From: Eledone cirrhosa
Taxonomy: Eukaryota
Reading direction: 5' to 3'
NCBI GenBank assembly: GCA_964016885.1
Contig: OZ024740.1
Coordinates: forward strand, 48,546,001-48,610,000
DNA: 64,000 bases
Made by a program: the position numbers and the translations under genes. This document shows positions 12,058 through 24,812 of this stretch, piece after piece (positions within the stretch are counted from its first letter, which is position 1; each line of letters starts with the position of its first letter). The notes beneath the pieces were generated by a model. It was not told the origin of the DNA. It saw only the letters and a list, made by a program, of their open reading frames with translations, and made no database searches.

Positions 12058-13403
12058 GGGAAGCAGAGGAAAGAAAGTTCAAGCATGTTCTACAACGCGA
12101 GGACCAAAAACGTGAGGTGTTCAGGATTGCTAGGCAATGTGTCAAGGAAAACCGTGATATTGTCGGGGAGAAGTGTGTACTTAACGATGATGGCGTACTT
12201 GCCATCACTGACACTGATAAGAAGGTAGCTTGGAAGTGTCACTACGAAAGGTTACTAAATGAGGAGAATAAATAGGAGAAAGACAGTCTCCCCCACATCG
12301 ACCCAATAGAGGGACCAGCAGTGTTAGTCGAAGGTAATATAATAAGTAAGGCAATCAAAGATATGAAGACGGGTAAGGCGGCTGGGCCTTCGGAAATAGT
12401 TGCTGAGATGCTGAAAGCCTCTGGAACGGTGGGACACACCATGGTCACCCGGATAGTAAACCAAGTCATACAGAATGGGGTTGTTCCGAAGGACTGGCGT
12501 AGCAGCAGCATCATTAACTGTTACAAGGGTAAAGGAGACGCCCTAGATAGGAGTAACTATAGAGGCATTAAATTAATCGACCAGGTCATGAAGGTCACGG
12601 AAAAAGTAATAGCGCAACTAATCAGAGAGAGAATTGATCTAGATGAAATGCAGTTCGGGTTTGTGTCAGGCAAAAGTACCACAGACGCTCTTTTCATTGT
12701 ACGACAACTACAGGAGAAGTACCTAGCAAAAAGTAAACCCCTATACTTAGCTTTTGTTGACTTGGAGAAAGCCTTCGACAGAGTCCCCCGTTCCATTATC
12801 TGGTGGGCTCTTAGAAAACTAGGTGTTGACGAATGGCTTGTGAGAGCTTTACAAGCCATGTATAAAGAAACAGTCAGCAAGGTTAGAATTAACAACGAAT
12901 ATAGTGAAGAGTTTAGCATAAAAGTTGGTGTCCATCAGGGCTCTGTTCTTAGCCCCCTACTATTTATTATTGCCCTTCAGGCTATAACAGAGGAGTTCAA
13001 GACCGGCTGCCCATGGGAACTCCTATACGCAGATGATCTAACGCTCATAGCTGAATCAATGGCCGAGCTAGAGAAGAAATTCCAAACATGGAAGCACGGC
13101 CTAGAATCAAAAGGCTTTAAAATTAACCTGGCTAAGACTAAAGTTCTAGTTTGTAGGAAAGAAAATAAGGCGCCGGTCCCTTCCAGGAAATGGCCATGCT
13201 CAGTGTGTAGGAAAGGCGTAGGTAGAAACTCCATTTTATGTCCCAAATGCAAAGTATGGGTGCATAAAAGATGTAGTGGGATCACAGGTAAGCTAACTAA
13301 GAACATAGATTTTACATGTGGCCGGTGCTCTGGTGCAATAAGTAGCAGCAAGTGCCCACAAAATACTAGCTCTTTCAATTGCGCAGGAACTGATCTGGCT
13401 TGA
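12056..13403 (+). mobile_element. RTE-clade LINE fragment (RT domain with embedded PHD-like finger)
   Basis: ORF 12321-13403: NYRGIKL, QFGF, FVDLEKAFDRV, GVHQGSVLSPLLF, YADD, KIN..KTK. Confidence 0.93.
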
Positions 13404-13639
13404 TTTCTACAGCTGGATGCCCTTCCTAACACCAACTTCATTTACAGTGAGTGCTGGGTGCTTTTTCGTGGTGCCTACATGTCCACTTTACAGTGTGGGC
13501 TGGGTGCTTTTTTGCCATGGCACCTCCACGACCACCTTGCAGTGGGAGGGTATGGGGGCATATTGTCTATATGCTTCAGCTTGTACCCATGGGAGGTCGG
13601 GTACTTTGTATTACTACATGACGCCAGAGGTCACGGTCG

Positions 13640-15240
13640 TGTGTCATCGCCTTTGAGAGGTGTAATTGGGTAAGGTCGGCTTTTATCACCTCATCCCAGG
13701 TCATCTTGGGTCTCCCCACTCCATGGTTTCCATCGACTTCTAGTGCTCTGCACTTTTTATGCAGCTGTCATCCTTCATACGCATCACATGTCCATACCAA
13801 CGCAACCGCCTCTCCTGCACACAGCATTTGATTCCTCTTATGCTCAGTCTCTCAATTCATTTATGCTTTGTCGTTCGCGTATATTACTATTACACATCCA
13901 TCGGAGCATGCAGGCTTCGTTTCTCTCTAATCTACGTAAGTCTTCCACCTTCAGCGCCCAGGTCTCACTACCATGCAACATCGCTGTTCGGATACACTCA
14001 TCATACAGTCTGCCTTTCATTTTGAGGGAGAAGCCTTTTGCAGCTAGCAGTGGTAGTAGTTCCCTGAACTTCTTCCATCCTGTTCTTACCCTAGTTATTG
14101 TACTTTCTGAACACCCACCTCCGCTGCTAATTCGGTCACCTCGGTAGCAGAAGGTGTCAACTGTCTCTACAGAGCCCTCCCAGAGATTGGTGGTACTTGT
14201 TTCCTGTGGCTGTTTGCTGCTTGCTGTCCCAGTACAGCTGCTGCATGTGAAGCCTACATTCTTAATTAAGCTTCCTGAGATCCCGCTACATCTCTTGTGT
14301 ACCCATTGTTTGCATTTGGGGCAGAGAATGGAGTTCCTACCTACACCTTTCCTACATACTGAGCAAGGCCATTTCCCTGAGGGGTTCTGTTTTCTCATCT
14401 ACTTACAAGGACCTTAGTCTTTGTCATGTTGACTTTGAGACCCTTTCTTTCTAGTCCCTGCTTCCAAGTTTGGAATTTCTTCTCTAGTTCTACCATAGAT
14501 TCAGCTATAAGTGCGAGGTCATCAGCATACAGGAGTTCCCATGGGCATCTGCTCTTAAACTCCTCCGTTATTGCCTGCAGAACTATGATGAACAGGAGAG
14601 GGCTAAGAACAGAGCCCTGGTGGACCCCAACCTGTACGCTAAATTCCTCGCTATACTCATTGCTAATCCTAACTTTGCTGACTGCTCCCCTATAAATGGC
14701 TTGTACAGCTTTCACAAGCCTTTCATCTACTCCTAGTTTTCTAAGAGCCCACCCGATTACAGCACGTGGAACTCTGTCAAAGGCTTTCTCGGTGTCGACG
14801 AATGCCAGGTAGAGTGGCTTACTTTTAGCTAGGTACTTTTCCTGTAACGGCCTCACAAGGAAGAGGGCATCAGTGGTGCCTCTTCCTGGTACAAACCCAA
14901 ATTGCATATCATCTAGTTTCACCCGGTCCCTAATCAACTGTGCTATAACTCTTTCTGTTACTTTCATGACTTGGTCCATCAGCTTTATACCTCTATAGTT
15001 TCCTCTATCTAGTGCATCACTTTTACCTTTGTAGCAGTTGACAATGATGCTACTGCACCAATCTTTTGGTATGACACCTTCTAGTATTACCTGGTTAACA
15101 ATACGTGTGGTTATAGTGTGACCTACAGACCCAGATGCCTTCAGCATGGACCGGTTGCCTTCCCCATCTTCATATCTTTGATTACCTTACTTACTACGCT
15201 GCTGCTGACTTGTACTGCTGGCCCCTCTATAGGGTATACT
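13640..15240 (-). mobile_element. RTE-clade LINE fragment (RT, PHD-like finger, C-terminal region), frameshifted
   Basis: ORFs 14395-15147 and 13844-14398 carry the RT motifs and MLHGSETW. An RTE/SINE tail continues to ~13400. Confidence 0.93.
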
Positions 15241-15277
15241 TTCAAAAAGGTTAGTGAATTATATTAATCCCACTATT

Positions 15278-15779
15278 TAAATGAGTGGAAAAGGAGGGAA
15301 AAGGCAAGGACTCTTGGGTCACAGAAGAAAGGGAGTGGGGGAGGGCACTGGGCCTAGGGCAGGGCGGTTTGGGGGCTACCTTTTTGAAAGCAGTTCTAAT
15401 ATAGTTATAATCCAATGACTGATATACATAACAGAATAAAAGAATATATATGCTATACACAAATTTAGTTTTTTTCTTACAAAAGACTGTAACTCTGTTG
15501 GTTAGTAAGTAAAGTGAGAAAAACATTCTGAACAATGTCTTCTCTCCCACTCTCTCTTTACCCCCCTCCCACACCCATACACCCACACACACACATGTAT
15601 GTATTAAGAACAAAACAAAGAAAATGAAAATAGAAAAATAGTTACCTTTGCAGTTTGTCTGCGGAGTGGAGGGGGGGTTAGCCCCTAAACCGCTCCGCCC
15701 TAGGCCCAGTGTCCTCCCCCACTCCCTTTCTTCTGTGACCCAAGAGTCCTTGCCTTTTCCCTCCTTTTCCACTCATTTA
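15278..15779. repeat. Fold-back element with ~101-bp inverted arms
   Basis: 15278-15378 is the reverse complement of 15679-15779 with few mismatches; ~300-bp spacer. Confidence 0.85.
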
Positions 15780-18694
15780 TGACATTTATATATTTCCTCT
15801 ACTTTCCCACACTGCCAGATCTACCCCTCCCCCTTCTTTTTCTCATTACTTAATTTTGTTTTTATCTTTCTTTTTCATATCTATGTAATTATGAATGGTT
15901 TTTAAGCCAACTTTGAGAGTTTAACTTGAATAAAATTTATGTTTTATGAATAAAATCTAGTGATTGTTTAGAAAGCTATTCATTCACTTAATCCATAAAT
16001 ATTGATACAAAATAAGAAATGGGAAGAGAATGTTTTTTTCTGTTGTTCAGTTAGAGCCCTTGACATTTTTACTGCACCTTTAAGATTTGTAGAAGTGAAA
16101 AGAAGAAACTATGTTTCATGATGTGCTGCCATAGGAATCAGTGCATCAAGATATCAGGTTATTCTCAGACCATAGACCTGCGTGAATGATTGTAATAAAA
16201 GGGATTATGCTAAAAGCACTGAGAGCCTGTTGGTGTTAAACCAGGTAGCGGATTAAGTGTACTACTATCTCAAAACTAGAACTGTCCATCCAATGAGCCT
16301 CTGTACAGTTTATATCTGCCTGATAACATTCACAAAGCTTTAGTTGACCCAAAGCTATGTAGAAAACACTTGCTCAAGATGATGCACAATATAATTTAGT
16401 CAGGATCCATGTGATTGTGAACCAAATTTCTTAACTACGTGGCCATGTCTGTGTTAGGTATTTAAAACATTTTTATTACAAAATAGAGAAAGAAAGGAAA
16501 GAAAAATAAGAATATTTTTCAGACAATCCCAAAACATTTAAACTATGAGTAACATTTTGTTGGGAAATTATGATTACATTTACACACCACAATTTTGATC
16601 TCCAGTAAGACTTCCCTTGACGTCTGTATAACTATAACTACTATTGAAATTTATATTTAAGCAGATGTTTTTCTTCAGAAAAATGTAAATATTATTCTTT
16701 AAAAAATGTTGAGATTAGAATTTCTAAATAAATAAATAAGAAAATAAAGAATTGCATGTATTATGGTGATAAGGTCTTGATAAATAGAATGTGACGATCC
16801 AATTTCAATTCCTGATTGTAATAGATTCACCAACTCTGTCTAGAAGAAGTCTCTATTAAAAATAGCAGCCAAATCTCCTTCACGTGATACCCTACTGTTT
16901 TAAAAGTGGAAGGGGATGTGTATTAAAATAATTTAATTCTAGATACAATATATCATTAAAAGAATTGGTAAATGTGCAGATGAACAAGAGCACTGCATTT
17001 AAATCTTACTCCAGATTAAATGAAAATATATAAGGTGTGTTTTTACCAGAATACACATTCATTAAATTACTTAGAAAAAAGGTTCTTAACAAGTGTATCT
17101 AAGTTTGGTTCTTGAAGGAATTCAGCCTGATTAGATTTAGAATAATTTGGAGTAATCTAAAGTTTGCTGCAGCATATCAACATAAATCTTTTCAGTCAAG
17201 CTTGCATTGTAACCCGTGTTTGAGTAAATATTTTTAAAATTTCAAAACTCATATGCATTAAATGAAAGATCTGAGTTATGAAATTACTACAAGCATGGCT
17301 CTAAATATTTGCTGTGTAATCTTTTACTGCCTAGCAGTTAATTTCTTTGATTTCCTCTTTGGGTGATCAAATCTTATGCCACCCCTTTTTGACATTACCC
17401 TCACCTCAAAATACTGACGGTTTTAAATATTTTCTCTACATTTTCATACAGCAGCTTTTTTCATTTTCATTTCATTTTATATCCATCAGTAAATAATGGG
17501 TCAGTTTACTGAAAATTGCCCTGACTGGGAAACATGTTTTAGATATATGCTACTGCCATAAATTTCTTTGTGAGAGCAGACTCAAGAATACACATATGGT
17601 ATTAGATGCATTCTTCAAAAAGCAAGCAATGCCTTGTCGTGTAAATAGATCCTGTTTTGCAGAACAGCTTGACTAATTTTGACTGGGTATTGCTGGTTTA
17701 TCAAGAGTATATACTCGTGATCATCCCACAGAGAGAAGAAGCAGCTTAGAGCAACTTATGAAAAAATGCTACTTATGGATTTTCTTGATAAGACGATAAG
17801 AACTAATTGAAACTAGTTAAGCTTCTCTGATTCATCTTGTATAGAAAGTGTTGTGGTTTAACCACAGTATCGATTTGTACAGGCTGAATAAGTGTTTATG
17901 AAACTTATGCATGTGAATTTATCAACAGTTTGTTTACAAGATAGTGTTATTTAATCTAATTTATTAATGACTCCACCAGATTCTTTTTTTAAAGATTTCT
18001 TGTTTTGCCAACTATTCAAGAGCAATTTGGTAGTTTTACTATTTTATTGAGTATAACAGTATAAGAATTCCACACCAATATTCTTTATATTGTAGTGTGT
18101 TATTGAGGGTGTACATTATTCTCCTGTTCTTTTCTTTCTCATTTTTTTTTTATTGAATTGTTCCTTCTGGAAATCATAAACACTATATAATTTAATACAC
18201 ACCATTTTATTGTCAAAAAATATAATCTTGTCTAAAACCAGACACACACACACGCATGCACGCATGCACACATGCACACGCACACAAATCAAATCAAATC
18301 AAATCAAACCAAAACAATTAGTCTTGCTAAATATATATTTCAAAGAATGACTTTCGTTTTACTTAAAAAAAAGCAAAAAACAAATGGCATTCTTTTGTTT
18401 TAAGTCTTCATTACAGTTCACAGAATTTTGGCTATCTTTGGTAATTGTCATATAATCGAGCAATAAAAGGAATGAATAGAATGAAAAGGAATAAAATCAT
18501 TTCTAATTTAGATTAACTTGTAGAGAGGAGAAGAAAGTCTTTTAAGTCAACCCCAGTCCGTTACTGGTACTTTATTTTATTGACACTGGAAGGATGAATG
18601 GTAAAGTTGACCTCACCCTAATTTAAACTCAGAATGTAAAAACCCAGAACAAATTACTTATGCCATTTTGTCTTATATTCTAACACTTCTGTGT

Positions 18695-19582
18695 TATTAA
18701 GTACATGCAGAAAAAGGGTTTAGCCCTTAAGGACATTCATGCTGACATGGTTGCGATATTAGTGGATGATGCTCCAGCTTTATTAACAGTACAAAAGTGG
18801 GCAGCTCAATTTAGGAGGGGAAGGGAGAGTCCTGAAGATAACCCAAGATCTGGACGTCCTGGACCACCGAGGAAAACATTGATCGTGTTCACCACATGGT
18901 GATAGATGACAGGCAATTGACTATAACTAAAATAGCCAATGCTATGAGCATATACCATGAGAGAGTTGAGAATATTCTGCACAATGAACTTGGCATGATG
19001 AAGGTTTATGGACAGTTGATAAAAAGCATATCAGGCTGATCACATCACGAGAAAATGTTGTATTGTTTGAGGCAGATCCAGATGGCCTCAGTTTTTTTGG
19101 ATGCAAAAAGTATTGTGTTTATTGACTATCTTCAAAATGCCACATAATCAATGGAGAGTAATATACCAACTTGCTGAAGTAGTTACGAAAGGCCAAATGA
19201 CCAGGAAAACTGATGAAATGGGTCTTGTTTCATCAGGGAAATGCTCCAGCAGACAAGTCCTTGGTTTTAATGTCTGCTGTGCAAGACTGTGGCTTTGAAC
19301 TGGTTGATCATCCTCCCCATTCTCCTGATTTGGTCCCATCTGACTATTATCTATTCCTCAACATGAAAACACTTGGCTAGGAACCAGTATCGCATATCTG
19401 TTGTTGATGACATTGTTTTACCAAAAAGATGAAAGCTTCTTTGCCAATGGGATCCAAGCACTGCAACAAGGATGGAAGAAGTGTGTGGACTGCAAGGGGG
19501 ACTATGTTGAAAAATAAACCTGATTTGGTCACATTCTATGAGAGTATCTTGGTCAGCCAATGGATTTTTCAGCCGGCCCTCA
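18695..19582 (+). mobile_element. Mariner (Tc1/mariner) transposase remnant
   Basis: HTH region ...TVQKW..QFRRGRES.ED.PRSGRP; HPPHSPDLVPSDYYLF (YSPDL motif) at ~19310-19360; internally deleted. Confidence 0.85.
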
Positions 19583-19719
19583 TGTGTGTACGTTTGATTG
19601 CATTTGTTTGTAAGTAGCCATCCCTCTCACTTTTTCTCTGTCTTTTTGTTTCTTCCTCCAATTGCCTTCCCCTTCCATCAACACATTTATCTCTTTTACT
19701 TCTCTAGAGCTGTTCTGCT

Positions 19720-20620
19720 CAAGAATGGGTCGCAGGTGGCAGATAGCGATACGGCTACCAGATATGATGACTAGTTGGGATATAGGTGGGCAACTGCCGG
19801 ATGAATAAGCAACCCCAGAACAATGGTGGTAAACTACCAGGGGAAATGGAGCAATGGGTGACACCTGTAGCTCCAAAGAAAACTCTCACAACCAAGTAAT
19901 GTAGCTACAATGAAGCGAGTAAAGGCTGGCTATAAAAAAGCCTAGTCTTCGTGGGTTTGACAAAGTACAAGATTGGTGACCGGCGCAAATAAAACTACTG
20001 AAACAGAAACTGCAATATGATGAGGAAAATAAAAAAGAACCATACCACATCGTCTGTCATGTGGGTTAACAGGGGACAGGTTCAGGCCTTAGGTAGAGGG
20101 GCCTGTTTGAAAAGTAAATTGCAGTCTCCATTTCATGCCAAAAAACTGGTGATGGGCCTGTGACCTGTCCTGGGAGGTGTACGATGGACACACAAAGATT
20201 GTGTATCTCAAGACCCCAAAGGGGATCTGGAAGAGAGCAAACCTTAAGAGTTGGAAGCTGGAACATCACAACCCATACAGGTATGGAGCAGGAACTAGTG
20301 GAGGAAGCTAGATGCTACTGGCTAGATGTAGTCGGGGTTTCTTCAACGAAGTTCCCTGGCTCTGTTACTGTAGATTTGGATGGAGGATGGAAACTCCACT
20401 ATTCAAGTGTGACACCAGAAATGACTGCACAGGCAGGTGTGGGGATACTCACAAGCGCCGGCTGTCAGAATGTGTTAAAGAGTGGATGCCATTAGGAAAG
20501 AGGATATGTCTGAAGTTTCGGCTAAAAGATAGGTCTCTCTGGGTGGTGCAAATTTATGCACCAAACAATGAGTCTGAATAAAGATCCTTCCTGAATGAAG
20601 TCACTGCCAGTTAGATGTAG
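19720..20620 (+). mobile_element. LINE (RTE-like) 5' fragment with APE endonuclease start
   Basis: LRVGSWNITT...LDVVGVSSTK..GS...AGVGIL and VVQIYAPN. Confidence 0.75.
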
Positions 20621-20749
20621 TTATGATTGAGTCATATATCCTTCTGACAGGATCTGCTGCAAGGAGTGTTTGAGGACCCTACCCCCATGATCCTCTTAGG
20701 AATAAGTGGGCAAAGAAGAAGGAGGAGGAGGAGAAGAAGAAGAAGAAGA

Positions 20750-20930
20750 TTTCTCCCATCAACACATTTGCCTCTCTCACTTCTCCCTTCAACACGTTTT
20801 CCTTTCTCCCCTCTCTTCCCATCAACACGTTTCCCTCTCTCATTTCTCCCACCAACACATTTTTCTCTCTTTCCTCCCCTCCTATCAACGTTTTCCTCTC
20901 TCACTTCTCCTCCCATCAAAACTCTTCTCT
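20750..20930. repeat. Pyrimidine-rich ~30-bp minisatellite
   Basis: Repeated ctccc(a/t)tcaacac(g/a)ttt..ctctctca units. Confidence 0.7.
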
Positions 20931-22029
20931 GTCCATTTCTTCTTTTCTCTCTTTTTACTCTTCCTCCATCTTCATCACATACGTACAAGTTTAACAATTA
21001 TAACTATGAGCATTTATTTTTACAACTTTTTTTATATTGCCTTATATCTTTACAATAATCATAAAATAAATGATTACACAATATTTCAATATATTCGACT
21101 TTTACCTCGAACCAATAAGGAGCTCAACTCGCTAGAAATAGCAGTCAAATCTCCCTCACTTCCAACGTTCTTTAAAAAAGAGAAAGACATTTTCGATAAT
21201 GTAATCCTAGACACACACTACATCTTAAAAGAAAAGAAAAAAAACGTGTAGTCACAGCTTTTAGAACACTTGTAGAACACTTTTGATCATAGGTTTGCTC
21301 TATCAGGGCTGACCTGGAATTAAACGACTCTATTCTCTTTTCCTTTTATAATATAGATTACAAGGCTAAACGGAAAACATGGAGAAATAGAGACGGCCAA
21401 GTATGTTTTCTAGGATAAGTTATGTTTATTCTATGCGAAGACAACATGCGTGCTAAGTAGCTTTTATGAAATTTTATTGGATACCTCTAGGCGGGGTGGT
21501 CGTCAGTCATCCCGTCTAATTGGATATAGTTTACTGGCACATAGTCAAAGAAGGAATAAGGAACATACCTCAATTTTATGTTATAAAAACATTTTTTATT
21601 AGGAGCAATTACAGAATATATTCAAATACTTTAGTGCGCCTAGGTTGGGATATATTTAAGTCGTCGTATACTGCCGCATGGTGTGATGTCATCCTTTGGA
21701 TCACTGCATAGAGATAGCACGATAGAGATTGTCTCCGAGTTCTCATTGTCCAAGCGTTATTGTCTCAGCTACTGACGTCAGAACGTGACGTCAGAACTAA
21801 GGGCAGTTAATCGACTGCCTTCACAGTCGACGCTAGATGACGTGATCTTCTACATACCAAACAAATTAACAAGGGGCGACGTTGTTCTACTGATTCGTAA
21901 TTTTATCCGAATATATATATAAAAAAAAAAAACTTCTTTGTAGATACGTTCTGCAGTCGCGTTGTGTACTTAGTACCTTTTATTTTTTCTAAATAATTAA
22001 TCCTTTTTTAAAAACAACCCTCCATCAAA

Positions 22030-22450
22030 TCCTAGAATAATCCCGTAATCTGGATGCAGCTGGCTTCCCGTTACAACTAGAGCCAGCAGGCCTCGACCGT
22101 GGAGACAGCAAGCGCCCCGACGGAATTACCCTCTTCCCATTCGAAGGAGGTAAATTCCTCATCTGGGACGCCACATGCTGTGACATGTTCTCCGCCCGCA
22201 GCTTAGTCGCTTCGGCCACAAACCCCGGTAATGCAGAGGACAGTAAGACAAGCAAATACCGGGGCTTGTCCGTCCACTTCATCTTCGCACCGGTCGCCGT
22301 CTTGATAACAGGCATCCTTGGACCCCTTACAGCCGAGCTCCGTAAAATCAAAACCTGTCTGAAGAAGGAGCCCTGCAAGGTGGGGTGTCTGTACCAGCGG
22401 GTGTCGCTGGCCATTGTTCACACGGAAATGCCTATGCAGTTTTGTCCACG
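22030..22450 (+). mobile_element. CRE-clade 3' fragment (RLE domain)
   Basis: LEPAGLDRGDSKRPDGITLFPFEGGKFLIWDATCCD...FAPVAV...YQRVSLAIV. Confidence 0.85.
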
Positions 22451-23164
22451 GAAGGCAGCCGAAACACCTGGCAGCTTGTCACCCTCTCCCCTCCCTCCTA
22501 TCTTTCTTCCATGGCCTAATAGTCCTTGTTATCCCCTCATTTCCTCTCATTTATGGCATTTATTGTACTTTCCTATACATACAGATCTTCCCTTCTTTAC
22601 TCCTTCCCTCTTTTTTTATTACTTAATTTTGTTTTTATATTTTGTATATATTTCCTTCATTCTTTTTGTAAAATATAGTTGATTTAATAAACATTTATAT
22701 TCCTCCAAAAACCCCAAAGAATTTGAATTAAAATCTATCTTAATTGCTGCTTCATAATAATAATTCTTTATTTATTTGAAACTGGGGCCCTTTTTCTTCC
22801 AATACAAAATGCCCCCCCCCCCCTACACACACACACACAGAAGTAATAGACGGGAAGGGGATAGAGCAAAGTCTGCAATAAAATATATTAAAATAAGTTT
22901 AACATTAGTACACAAATCAAATAAGGGTAGCCCACTCACGAAAGGATAAGAACCTAAGTAGAATAAGGATATCTCACAGTTCCAACCACCCTTCTCCCTG
23001 ATTACCTTTTGCAAACTGGGTACTTCGAATTTGCCTGAGGTTGAACTACGAAATTCCCTTTATATTGTGCAAGGTAGCTCGTTAGCTCGATATCGACTTG
23101 GGGTATGGTTTTCACCCACAATCAATCAATTTTGTTTTCATATAATCGTACTCCGCACCAAATA

Positions 23165-23830
23165 CCATAATATTGCAGCCTCCGTCTTGGACGTGCAGTC
23201 TATTCTCCACCAGGTTCAGGTGATCCCAAAGAGGATCTCCTCATCCTCGGGTCACCGATCCATCCGCTCCACCATCAGGCCCAGGCTTCAACAACTCCAG
23301 ACTCTCACGAGCCGACTGGGCTTGATTGACGGCCACCCAGCTCTCTTTCTGCTGAGGAACTGCTTCGTCATGCCGAAGCTCCTCTATACCATTCGCAGCG
23401 CTCCGTGCAACACCCAGACATCTCTCCTCGCTGACCTGGATACTTGTATCCGAGTAGCAGCCGAGGAGATATTTAACGTCAAGTTTGACGACATAGGGTG
23501 GCAACAGGCCACTTTACCTGTCAGGTATGGTGGCCTTGGCCTCCGGTCCCCGATCTCACTAACTTTGCCGGCGTATCTTTCGTCGGTAACCTCGTCAGCA
23601 GGGTTCTTCAAAACACAACAGAACCCTCTGTGTTCAGAGAACGTGAGGCTGCCTGTGAGACGTGGGACCGGCTGGGACTTAGCCCAGTAGACGTCCCTCC
23701 TCCTTCTCCCCCTGTTGACGTCAAGTTCCCCCCAACGCACTTGGGATGTCATCCAGTGCATCTCCCTTGCCGTCTTCCGGGGAAACGTCTTCTCCATTCT
23801 GTCCGCCGGGGCTGTAGGTGGGCCCCATCG
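23165..23830 (+). mobile_element. CRE-clade internally deleted fragment
   Basis: HPALFLLRNCFVMPKLLYTIRSAP...QATLPVRYGGLGLR joined almost directly to the C-terminal ISLAVFRGN. Confidence 0.85.
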
Positions 23831-24812
23831 CGTATCATTTTTGTAAATACCGCACAGAGTAGCGTTCCATTCTACCAACAATCACAGCTCATCACACAAG
23901 AATCATTATTCCACTACATCACTGAGTTGTGAGAGTTTGGAGGAGCTACATTTTCCTCTTGTTCTCTTTCAAATTATCTAGCCGTTCTATCAAGCTTTCC
24001 TTGTTAATTTGGACAACGACGAGAGTTATGCTTTCGTCCTACTTGACATGAATGTGGGCTGATTTTGTTCCTTCTTTTTCTTTTTCTTTTTTTTTTGTTT
24101 CTTGGTGTTCTCGGTGATTTTCCCACTTTTCTCCCTCATCACTGGTAGAAGGTGGTGTGACAAAATGTTTATCGACATAGACGTGAGGGAAGGTCCCTCG
24201 TCTATTTACCATTTTTTGTAAGTGAGAATTATAACAAGTGAGTGGGCGTGTGCGTAAACAAGACAATAACCACAACGAGAGTTATATTCAACAAATGTAA
24301 ATAATGGTGTTGTTTATTTTGTTTATATGTGTTTATTATATTACAAATGAAACATACCAAATATATACGTGATCCAGATGTGGTGAAGGGAAGTATTACA
24401 ATTACAAAGGTATTGTGGTGTTTGCTGTTCCCGATGGCTGTTTATCGTTTCGTGGTACAGAGGCTGTTTTCTGTGGCGTGTATACCGTCTGCTTTCCCGT
24501 GGCTGTCTCTCTGCTTACCTCGGTGTTCTCCACCAGGGGGAGACAACTAGGCCTGGTCCATTATCCGCCAGGGGGCGTGAGGCGTCTTACTACAGTATCC
24601 CCTGCCAGATTTTCAAATCAGCGAAAATCGATGTTATTACTCACACGTGGAGTAAGATAGCGAACAATGCAACAAGGGGGAGCTATTCGCTCTACCAATC
24701 ATTAAATCCAGAATAAGGATTTGAAAAATGTTAAAAAACACAACATGCATGAAAAACAAGGCAAAGAAAAAACAGAAATATAGAGGCAAAAAAAAGGTGC
24801 AACTAACATAGT

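Noticed and set aside
16000-18200. Possible host exons in non-repetitive AT-rich sequence
   Set aside because: Frequent stops in the frames inspected and no recognisable domain; short exons cannot be excluded without RNA-seq.
24025-24148. Minus-strand gtgatga...gacgaaa pattern
   Set aside because: C3 is missing and there is no stem II pairing.
24329-24550. Identical 73-aa ORF duplicated at 29568-29789
   Set aside because: Lies within the two LTRs, antisense to the element; the identity reflects LTR duplication.
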